Made by a program: the position numbers and the translations under genes. From the IMG/VR virus record IMGVR_UViG_3300008005_000044, positions 1 through 34,182 of that record: a stretch of 34,182 bases of DNA, one strand, 5' to 3'. The notes beneath the pieces are model-generated. The model had not been told where the DNA came from. It did no database searches and worked only from the letters and a program-made list of their open reading frames with translations. This DNA comes from a virus. Lineage: Duplodnaviria; Caudoviricetes. Position 1 is the stretch's first letter. The number at the start of each line of letters is the position of its first letter. Shown in pieces: positions 16,429 through 23,532 of this stretch.

Positions 16429-18266
16429 GTCCCCACCTCCTGCGCGTCGAGCAGTTCGGCCTCGATGCGCCAGCCCGCCCCTGTGTCAATCTCAAGGCGT
16501 TCGCCGATGGTCGCGCGGATCTCCGCAGCGCTCCAAGCACGCCAGGCCTCAAGCTCGGCCTCAGTCTCCAGCGCGATGCGAAGCAGGCGACGCTTGCTGT
16601 CAACGCGAACCCCTGCGCGCTCTAGCCGCTGCGCCCAAGCGTCGCCACGCTCAAGCCGCGCCACAGCCTGAATGCAGCGCGCCCACAGGTGGCCATCAGC
16701 CAGGGGCGCAGGCGCAGCCGAGGGCGCCGAGCTAAACGACAACCCGAGCGCCGCAGCCTGGTCGCGGATGTGCGCAGGGATGCCGCTAGCTGGCGTGATA
16801 GGCGGCTCATCCTCGGCGGCGTCAACGATGGACGCCTTGGGTTCGTCGCGTAGCACGATCGGTCGATTAGCCTCGGGTGCGGAATTCCGCACTGGAGCCA
16901 CGGGCGCCGACAGGTCAGCCGAAGACATGCCCAGCTCAGCGAGCAGCGCGTCAACGACAGCCTGGTCACGCAAGTGCGGCGGCTGGCCAAGCTGGTACTC
17001 AAGCTCGGCTCGATATGCGTCGAGCTCGTCTTGCGGCGTCGAGGGCTTGCTGGGCGGGTAGAGGTCCTCGAAGATAATCGCCTCAGCGGCGCGACGTGGG
17101 CCGCGCTGCTGGTAGCGAGGCTGGGACTGCATGGCTTGAGCGACGACCTGCGCCACGGTCGCCGTCTCGACGACAGCGGCGTCGACAGGCTGCGAGATGG
17201 TGCGAGCCCTGGCCACGATGACCGGATCGGTCGCGTCCTGGAGCAAGAAGCGCGCGAGGTAGCTCCAGGTCGTGGGCCTCTTGTCGGGCGCCCTGTCGGC
17301 AATCGAGAGCAGGCGCTCATCGAGGTAGCAGCGCGCGGCTGCGGCGTCGCCGAGCAGCTCGACGAGCTGGCCCGCGAGGTCGGTCACGTCACCAGGCTCC
17401 ACGACGCTTGGCCGCTGGACGTAGCGATCGAGGCGAGCGACGAGCTTGAGCTGAATGCGCTCGACGAGCTCGGCGTGCTCCTGCTCGACAACCTCACCTT
17501 GCTCGGCAGGCAAGGCCAGGCCCTCACGCGCGGGCTCGTGCGTGGGCGTGCCCTCGTGCGTGCGCGCGCTCGCTTGCAGGCCAGGCCTGCTCTGATCAGA
17601 GATATTATTTATAATATCTCTTGAGGTAACAGGCGCGTGCGCAGGCGGGGTATCAGTACGCGCGTGTGCGTGCGAGGTGGCGGGACTTTGGCGGGGGTTT
17701 GACGTGGATGTGTCGTCGATCTGGCGGGGATGTGTCGTCGATCTGGCGGGGGTTTGGCGGGGGTTTGTCACCCCTTTGACGGGACTTTGGCGCCCCCCGA
17801 CAAGCGCCGCCAAAGAGGGTGGAAGCTGGGCGTCATCGGGTAGCAAGTCGGCCACCCGTGCGGCCCATTCGATAAGATCGTAGAGCGCCTCGATAGGCAG
17901 CACCGCGTCACCGCTTGGCGGTGGTGTGGCGGGACTTTGGCGGGGGTCTGGCAGGGGTGACACGAGGTCTTGGCGGGACTTTGGCGGGGGTGTCACGGCG
18001 CCGCCATCGAGGGCGACACGCAGCATATAGCCGCGCGAGGTCGAGGTGATCGAGAGGTAGGGCAGCTCGGGGAGCTGCGCGCGCAGGCGCTGAACCGTGC
18101 GAGGGCTCGTCTCAAGGCGTGCGGCGAGCTCGGCGACCGTCGAGGTCGTGGCCCACACCTCGACGCCTGCGGGCAGATCGTGCGCCATCGTGAGGATGAG
18201 CGCGGCCTGCGGGCCAACGACGCCATCAGCGGCGAGGCGACTGCGGAGGTCGTCAGTCATTGACAC
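16425..18266 (-). CDS. Replication initiator (lambda O-like architecture, about 611-613 aa)
   Basis: N-terminal winged HTH (TVAELAARLETSPRTVQRLRAQL), Pro-rich linker encoded by iteron-like repeats, and a C-terminal DnaA N-terminal-like domain (LWARCIQAV...LLRIA). Confidence 0.72.
   Translation of the reverse strand: MSMTDDLRSRLAADGVVGPQAALILTMAHDLPAGVEVWATTSTVAELAARLETSPRTVQRLRAQLPELPYLSITSTSRGYMLRVALDGGAVTPPPKSRQDLVSPLPDPRQSPATPPPSGDAVLPIEALYDLIEWAARVADLLPDDAQLPPSLAALVGGRQSPVKGVTNPRQTPARSTTHPRQIDDTSTSNPRQSPATSHAHARTDTPPAHAPVTSRDIINNISDQSRPGLQASARTHEGTPTHEPAREGLALPAEQGEVVEQEHAELVERIQLKLVARLDRYVQRPSVVEPGDVTDLAGQLVELLGDAAAARCYLDERLLSIADRAPDKRPTTWSYLARFLLQDATDPVIVARARTISQPVDAAVVETATVAQVVAQAMQSQPRYQQRGPRRAAEAIIFEDLYPPSKPSTPQDELDAYRAELEYQLGQPPHLRDQAVVDALLAELGMSSADLSAPVAPVRNSAPEANRPIVLRDEPKASIVDAAEDEPPITPASGIPAHIRDQAAALGLSFSSAPSAAPAPLADGHLWARCIQAVARLERGDAWAQRLERAGVRVDSKRRLLRIALETEAELEAWRAWSAAEIRATIGERLEIDTGAGWRIEAELLDAQEVGT
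17598..17990. repeat. Putative replication origin: iterons plus AT-rich inverted repeat
   Basis: Three exact copies of tggcgggactttggcggggg (17678, 17927, 17971), a 22-bp tandem duplication (17707-17750), degenerate copies, and agagatattat-tt-ataatatctct (17598-17621). Confidence 0.75.
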
Positions 18267-18269
18267 CCC

Positions 18270-18589
18270 CTAGCGTAGCCTGTGGAAAACTTTTTAGAGG
18301 GGGCGACCGTCCAAACGGCCCGCTCATGACCTCTATATGTGGAAGATCTGTGACAGATCGGAAACACTAAACGCTTGCGCAGGTACTGATCAAGCGTGTA
18401 GCATTTGACCCACAACCCCACACTGGGGCAAGAACACGGCAAGCCGAGGCGCGTCAACGCCTCGGCTTGCCTTGAGCAACACTTGCGCGCTGACTCAACA
18501 GTTGAGCCACGATCCTCGCACAACGCGGGGTAGGCGTCAATCAGCGCGCATAACGACATGTTCGTCATACGAACAAAAAGGAGTGCGCG
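18270..18589. promoter_or_regulatory. Divergent control region between the replication gene and the 18590 operon
   Basis: Lower-GC intergenic DNA with inverted repeats acgcttg/caagcgt (18371-18397) and tgttcgt-cat-acgaaca (18559-18575), plus a DnaA-box match TTTTCCACA (18281-18289, minus). Confidence 0.45.
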
Positions 18590-18871
18590 ATGAAAGAGTA
18601 TCGCTCGATGGATTTCGTCTGGGAGGATGGCAAGCTCGTCAAGAGCACGAGCACCGTGCAGCTTAGCGAGAAGCTGGCGCTGGGCGTGAGTATCTGCCCC
18701 AAGAGCGGCTTGCCCCTGTTCCGGGCTCACACATGGCCAGACATCACCCTGCTGATCAAAGCCGAGTTGCTGGAGCGATTGAGCGACGAAGAGCTCTACG
18801 TCGCGCTCAAGGGCGCCTTTGCGCAGGCGCTCGACCCAGTGACAGGGCTCTTCGTCGAGGGCAAGGGATGA
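18590..18871 (+). CDS. Hypothetical protein (93 aa)
   Basis: AAGGAG RBS and natural composition. Confidence 0.7.
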   Translation: MKEYRSMDFVWEDGKLVKSTSTVQLSEKLALGVSICPKSGLPLFRAHTWPDITLLIKAELLERLSDEELYVALKGAFAQALDPVTGLFVEGKG

Positions 18872-19080
18872 AGACTTACGCCGTAGACCTAGCTGCGGCG
18901 CGAGTATGGCCCGTCGACGAAGCGCCAGCATCATATGATCTGGTGCTTCTGAGCCCGCATGAGCCAGGCAGCGGCGAGCTAATTGCCGCGCTGGCTCTTG
19001 CGATATGGCACATGGATAGGCCACCATCAGCTCAGCCCTCCAGCCACGTCACAGACAAAACACCCTCGCCGATCTTATAG
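18868..19080 (+). CDS. Hypothetical protein (70 aa)
   Basis: ATG 18868 overlaps the upstream TGA (MKTYAVDL...). Confidence 0.5.
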   Translation: MKTYAVDLAAARVWPVDEAPASYDLVLLSPHEPGSGELIAALALAIWHMDRPPSAQPSSHVTDKTPSPIL

Positions 19081-19271
19081 GAGATCAAGCGGGCCTCGAC
19101 CATCTCGTCTAGGCCCGCAATCAACCCATCAACAGTAAGGCCAACTGCCTGCGCCACTGATTCTATGCGGCCGGGGCGCCTCATGGTTAGCGCGCTGAAC
19201 GAGCGCTGACCATTGGCAGATAGCCGATCAAGGTCGGCAGCAATGCGCGCTTGCTTGAGGGACTCGTGCAT
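19032..19271 (-). CDS. Small winged-helix DNA-binding protein (79 aa)
   Basis: Start ATG 19271 with AGGAGG RBS; IESVAQAVGLTVDGLIAGLDEMVEARLISY is wHTH-like. Confidence 0.65.
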   Translation of the reverse strand: MHESLKQARIAADLDRLSANGQRSFSALTMRRPGRIESVAQAVGLTVDGLIAGLDEMVEARLISYKIGEGVLSVTWLEG

Positions 19272-19325
19272 CTGTACCTCCTGAGTACTGTCAGTGTAGA
19301 CTATGCACAGAGATTTCTTAAGGCA

Positions 19326-19373
19326 CAATAAAAAACGCGTGCACGGTGGCTTCTATGCCACCGTGCACGCGTT
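19326..19373 (-). terminator. Intrinsic terminator downstream of the repressor gene
   Basis: 17-bp stem aacgcgtgcacggtggc/gccaccgtgcacgcgtt with a 6-nt loop, then a T run on the minus strand. Confidence 0.85.
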
Positions 19374-19403
19374 AAGTGCCGCCACCCAAGCTGTCTAAGA
19401 GGG

Positions 19404-19784
19404 CTACATGTTCTTAAAGAACTCGTTTGCTATGGCGTCGCGCTGCTTCTTATCGAGCGGGCCCGATGAGAGCTCTTCAGTCTGAACAAGCCTCACGAGC
19501 ACGCGAGCCAAACCAAACACCGCCAAGATGTCGCGGTCGAGCAGCTCGGCGCTGTTCAGGTACAGCGCGAGCGTAGGCGTGACGCCATGCTCAACGTTGG
19601 CATAGCCGCGCTGGGTGATGCCAAGCATGTCCGCCATCTGTTGCTGGGTGTAGTCGCTTTCGGTCTCCCGGCCATGCGCCAAGACGCGGCCAAGAGCCCA
19701 CTGGTAAAGGGCGGGGTCGTTTTTCTTCTCAGGGAAGCTCATCGGCAGCTCGCTTAAAGGATGCATTGCTAGCGCGGCGCTCAT
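19404..19784 (-). CDS. XRE-family HTH regulator, probable phage repressor (about 126 aa)
   Basis: YTQQQMADMLGITQRGYANVEHG is a canonical XRE HTH; divergent from the early operon; no S24 peptidase domain. Confidence 0.8.
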   Translation of the reverse strand: MSAALAMHPLSELPMSFPEKKNDPALYQWALGRVLAHGRETESDYTQQQMADMLGITQRGYANVEHGVTPTLALYLNSAELLDRDILAVFGLARVLVRLVQTEELSSGPLDKKQRDAIANEFFKNM

Positions 19785-19874
19785 AACGACCTCTCTACTG
19801 GGGTGGGGGAATAGGCTCAAGCACAAGAATTAGCACATACAGTTCTAAAGTCCAACGGACTGTGCTTTTTTCTA

Positions 19875-19903
19875 TTGACCTAAAAGTACTCACGCTTCAT
19901 ATT
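19875..19903 (+). promoter_or_regulatory. Sigma70-type early promoter
   Basis: TTGACC-17 bp-CATATT in an AT-rich divergent region, with nearby inverted repeats agtcc-aac-ggact and attaaga...tcttaat. Confidence 0.65.
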
Positions 19904-19940
19904 AAGAAATGTCAGTTCATCTTAATAGTGGAGCGAGCCC

Positions 19941-20555
19941 ATGACCTGGTACATCACGACAGCACCCAACGATCTTGAGTACGCGGTCCGCGTCATCCGC
20001 GGCCAGCTCATCGAGCTGTTTAGCCTCGACGGCTTTAACGGCCCCCGCATCATCACGCGCAAGCAAGCCAAAGACATGGGGTACAGCTCGTGCCGCCGCG
20101 CCACCGAGCAAGAAGCCGCGCGCTGCGAGCGTCGCTTTGAGCAGTACATGGCCACGAGCAAGGCCAACCACGCCGCCTCGATCATCATGCGCGGCTGGTA
20201 CGAGGTCGAGCACAACGGCGTGACCGTATGGGCTCGCGAAGGTGACAACGGCCGCTGTGAGTGCGTGCACCCCGACGGATCGGCCTCCTACTACACCAAC
20301 GACGAGCTCGTGCCCGTGCGCCGCGTCAACACCGAGGACGCTGAGGCCGCCGCACGCAACGCCTACCTGCTGCGCGCTCAAGCTCGCCTCGGCGCATACG
20401 TCGATGCAGGCCGCGCCGCCAAGCGTGCCGCGACTGCCCATGTTGGCGCTGGCCCCGCGACCTCGCTTGGACCTCGCAGCTACGTCGAGGAGTACGAGCG
20501 CAGCATCAACCAGCTATCACGCCGCACAGGTCGCCGCATGAGCGCCTGGAGCTAG
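19941..20555 (+). CDS. Hypothetical early protein (204 aa)
   Basis: GGAG RBS; first gene after the promoter. Confidence 0.75.
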   Translation: MTWYITTAPNDLEYAVRVIRGQLIELFSLDGFNGPRIITRKQAKDMGYSSCRRATEQEAARCERRFEQYMATSKANHAASIIMRGWYEVEHNGVTVWAREGDNGRCECVHPDGSASYYTNDELVPVRRVNTEDAEAAARNAYLLRAQARLGAYVDAGRAAKRAATAHVGAGPATSLGPRSYVEEYERSINQLSRRTGRRMSAWS

Positions 20556-20568
20556 CCACCACTACACC

Positions 20569-20620
20569 GCGCGCCAGGGGTCGGGATCGACCCCACGGAC
20601 TGCCACGAGGCAGGGCGCGC
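20569..20620 (+). ncRNA. Candidate cis-acting three-way-junction RNA
   Basis: Three perfect stems: gcgcgcc/ggcgcgc, ggggtcg/cgacccc and ctgcc/ggcag. Confidence 0.4.
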
Positions 20621-20641
20621 ACCAGCCACGGAGACGACGAG

Positions 20642-21016
20642 ATGGCTAAGATTTTCCTACTAGAGCTCAAAAACAACGGAAACTTTAACCGTGGGTGCAG
20701 CGTCACCCACGGCGTCAGGCTAGCAAACGATGTAAATCTGTATATCGAGCAGAAAGCGGCCCATGCTGAACAGGCTGGTATACCCACGAGAATCACCCTC
20801 AGCGTCAAAGGTCTTGAGCTTGGTTTTTTGGCCGACCGCATAGAGCGAGACGATCCCGACTGGGCTAACTGGGCTGTCTTTCCAGACAATGACATCGCCA
20901 TCGACAGGGCTATCGAGGGCCTCAAGCGCCTCTTGGGCGACCTAACCGAAAAGCGCAGTGCGGTCGAATCCGCCCTCATCGAGATAGCCACCCTCGCCGC
21001 AGGGGGTGCGAGATGA
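20642..21016 (+). CDS. Hypothetical protein (124 aa, lower GC)
   Basis: GGAG RBS; ATGA-coupled to the next gene. Confidence 0.75.
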   Translation: MAKIFLLELKNNGNFNRGCSVTHGVRLANDVNLYIEQKAAHAEQAGIPTRITLSVKGLELGFLADRIERDDPDWANWAVFPDNDIAIDRAIEGLKRLLGDLTEKRSAVESALIEIATLAAGGAR

Positions 21017-21393
21017 TCAACGAGAAGACCCTGAAGGAATGGTGCGCGGCATTAGGCCTCTACCGCGAGCACGCGGGCGCCCTGCGCTCCACCGAAGAGC
21101 CCGAGGCGTTCGACGCGCTGGGCGTGCTGCTCCAGGTGATCGACCCCGACGGCTGGCACAAGGTCAGTGTGAGCTGGCAGCACACGCTATCCCGAGGCTC
21201 GCACTATGTGAGCTATGACCTGCTGCCCGAGGACGTCCAGGCCGAGATCGCGCGCCTCACCGACGTCGAGCATATGGGCCATGAGGACATCGCCGGATAC
21301 CTGCGGTGCACGATGCCCGCGAGGATCGCGCGCCATGAGCGCGAGCTTGAGCGGGCCGAGCTTGGCAACGAGCGCGCCGAGGCCTGCGCGTGA
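21013..21393 (+). CDS. Hypothetical protein (126 aa)
   Basis: Coupled start/stop overlaps on both sides. Confidence 0.75.
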   Translation: MINEKTLKEWCAALGLYREHAGALRSTEEPEAFDALGVLLQVIDPDGWHKVSVSWQHTLSRGSHYVSYDLLPEDVQAEIARLTDVEHMGHEDIAGYLRCTMPARIARHERELERAELGNERAEACA

Positions 21394-21710
21394 GCGTCGA
21401 GGCTGACCACACACGCAGCCTCCGGCTGGCGCGCGAGCACCGCGCTGACGAGATCCAGCGGATCGAGCAGCTCGGCATCGAGGCTCGCGCGCTGACCAGA
21501 GTGGGCGTGGCCCTGAGCTACGACTGCGAGGAGATCGTCGCGACGATCTTGGGCTGCACATGCGGGCAGCTTGGTGACCTGCGACGAGCTCGGCCCACGA
21601 GCCCCTATCTGGAGCACCGCGCAGACGCCGTGCTCAGCACATATCCCGAGACGTGGCAGGAGGTCGTCGAGGCCGCTGTCTACGCTCGCAAACACCTGAT
21701 GCGCTACTGA
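21390..21710 (+). CDS. Hypothetical protein (106 aa)
   Basis: GTGA overlap with the upstream stop. Confidence 0.7.
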   Translation: MSVEADHTRSLRLAREHRADEIQRIEQLGIEARALTRVGVALSYDCEEIVATILGCTCGQLGDLRRARPTSPYLEHRADAVLSTYPETWQEVVEAAVYARKHLMRY

Positions 21711-21720
21711 GGACAACGCC

Positions 21721-21975
21721 ATGGACACCACGCAGATCGCCTACTACCTCGTCGCCCAAAGCTGGATCGCCGCGCTCATCATTGAGCTCGACGTCGACCC
21801 GCCGCGCCAGGCCAAGCGCGACATCACGGCGCTCATCGCCATCGCCGTCGAAGAGCTGCTCAACGGCAGCGCCACCACGAGCGCGCTGCTCAAGCGCTGG
21901 CCCAAGGGGACGCCGCCGAGCGCGCAGGCCTCGACCGAGATCATCGACATCACCGACTACACCATCGCCGCTTAA
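21721..21975 (+). CDS. Hypothetical protein (84 aa)
   Basis: GAGGA RBS and typical codon usage. Confidence 0.7.
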   Translation: MDTTQIAYYLVAQSWIAALIIELDVDPPRQAKRDITALIAIAVEELLNGSATTSALLKRWPKGTPPSAQASTEIIDITDYTIAA

Positions 21976-21982
21976 TCACCCT

Positions 21983-21998
21983 CTGCGGAAATCCGCAC
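21983..21998. promoter_or_regulatory. Copy of the dispersed 16-bp palindrome just upstream of an RBS
   Basis: ctgcggaaatccgcac, intergenic, a few bases before AGGAG. Confidence 0.6.
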
Positions 21999-22015
21999 CC
22001 ACAGGAGACAGAGCC

Positions 22016-22417
22016 ATGACCGAGTTTACACGAGAGCACGCAGGCCGCTACGCCGTCACAAGATCGCCCGAGAGCCGCGCGCCGATAGCGTGCGAGCCAT
22101 TACCACCACAGCCTGTCACGCCGTCGCTGCGCCTAGCTGCCGATCTACTCAACGGCGAGCGCGCGCCGAGGCTTGAGCAAGAGCTCATCGAGCAGCTGCG
22201 CGCCGAGCTCGATGCCGACGTCAAAACATCGAGTATCGAGCTGCCCTCGTGGGACCGCCGCGACGTGGGCAGGTGGCGCCAGGAGCGCGCCGCCCTCGAG
22301 GCCGCGAGCGCTGCGCTTGAGCCTGCGCCGATCACCGCAAGGGGAGTGCTGCGCGGCATAGTGAGGGCCGCGATCGCCGTCCCCATGATCATCATCGCTG
22401 AGGCCAGGCGTGGCTAG
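22016..22417 (+). CDS. Hypothetical protein with hydrophobic C-terminus (133 aa)
   Basis: Start reassigned to ATG 22016 (MTEFTREH) with AGGAG RBS. Confidence 0.65.
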   Translation: MTEFTREHAGRYAVTRSPESRAPIACEPLPPQPVTPSLRLAADLLNGERAPRLEQELIEQLRAELDADVKTSSIELPSWDRRDVGRWRQERAALEAASAALEPAPITARGVLRGIVRAAIAVPMIIIAEARRG

Positions 22418-22423
22418 GTCACA

Positions 22424-22622
22424 GCGCGCGGTGAGATCGCCGCGCGTCACAACACCAACCACAGACAACACACGATGAGGGCAGTGCGCGGCCAAATGCG
22501 AGCCGTGGCACACTGGGGTCACACCCCGGCCCTCGCTGTCTCGCGCGGATCACGGCCCGGAGAATCTGGCTGTTGCCCGGCCGCCCGCCGCTCATAGGGA
22601 GCGGACGCCGCAAGGGCGCGAG
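22424..22622 (+). ncRNA. Candidate structured RNA (hairpin plus two multi-stem domains)
   Basis: About 225-nt intergenic gap with many complementary segments, listed under findings. Confidence 0.4.
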
Positions 22623-22644
22623 GCTTAAGACACAGGAGACCGAT

Positions 22645-23532
22645 ATGCAGACAATCACCCTACAAGAAGAGGCCATAAGGCTGCGCGAGCGCAAGCTCAG
22701 CTTTAAGGCGATCGCCGACGAGCTCGACATCACGATGGGCGAGGTGATCGAGCTACTGCAAGACAGCGTGCACACCAGGGCCGCCGAAAGGCGCCGCGCG
22801 CCCAAGGTCTCGACGGCCGTGGTCGCAGTGCCCGAGCCGCCGAAAGACCAAGCGGCCGCGCTTGATGAGCTCAGGCGTCAGCTTAAGATCGCCAAGGCCG
22901 ACCTTGTCGTGCTCGCGCAGCAGCTCAACGCCAAGGACTCTGCGATCGCGCAGCTCAGGGCACGAGTCGCCCACCTCGAGGACGATGCGGTGACGCACAG
23001 CGCCGCGATCGACGGGCTGTGTGACACGGTCAATCTTGTGCCTCAGATCCACGACCTGGCCGCGCGCCTGAGCGAGCAGCTTGGGTGCAAGCGCGACGAG
23101 ATCAGCCAGGCCGTCGAGGATCTGATTGAGGCGCTCACCGAGGAGTCTGAGCGCCGAGAGGTCGCCGAGGCCAGGATCGCGCACGTCGAGCGCGGCCGCC
23201 TTGAGGCCGTCGAGGAGCTGCTCAAGGCTCGGCGCGAGATCAGGCTAGAGCGCGAGCGGATGACCGAGCGAGCGTCAACGATTGACGCGACCACCGAGGC
23301 CGCGCCCGAGTGGTCCGCCTGGATGGACCTCACGCAGGCGTCAGCGGCCCTCGGTCGCGTCAAGAGCGTGATCAGTCGCGCGGCAAACTCACGAGCGACC
23401 CGGGTCGCGCCGCGCGTTGCAGGGCGTCGCATCGAGGTGCGACGCAAGATGACCCCGTCAGAGCGCACAGCTCACCCACGCAGCACATACCTCATCCGCT
23501 ACGAGCTACTCACCGAGGAGGGCGCACAATGA
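22645..23532 (+). CDS. HTH plus coiled-coil protein (295 aa)
   Basis: Start ATG 22645 with AGGAG RBS. N-terminal HTH (LSFKAIADELDITMGEV), long coiled coil, second HTH-like segment (MDLTQASAALGRVKSVISR). Confidence 0.75.
   Translation: MQTITLQEEAIRLRERKLSFKAIADELDITMGEVIELLQDSVHTRAAERRRAPKVSTAVVAVPEPPKDQAAALDELRRQLKIAKADLVVLAQQLNAKDSAIAQLRARVAHLEDDAVTHSAAIDGLCDTVNLVPQIHDLAARLSEQLGCKRDEISQAVEDLIEALTEESERREVAEARIAHVERGRLEAVEELLKARREIRLERERMTERASTIDATTEAAPEWSAWMDLTQASAALGRVKSVISRAANSRATRVAPRVAGRRIEVRRKMTPSERTAHPRSTYLIRYELLTEEGAQ

Noticed and set aside
18559-18575. LexA (SOS) box
   Set aside because: The half-sites are GTTCG...CGAAC, the reverse of the Gram-positive CGAAC-N4-GTTCG box, and do not match CTGT-N8-ACAG. 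Kept only as a generic inverted repeat.
18257-19027. 256-aa minus-strand ORF upstream of the replication gene
   Set aside because: It overlaps RBS-supported plus-strand genes and the palindrome-rich control region, and has no recognisable motif.
22470-22540. Hammerhead ribozyme or tRNA in the structured intergenic region
   Set aside because: It has GATGAG but lacks the CUGANGA and GAAA cores, and there is no T-loop GTTC or tRNA-sized cloverleaf.
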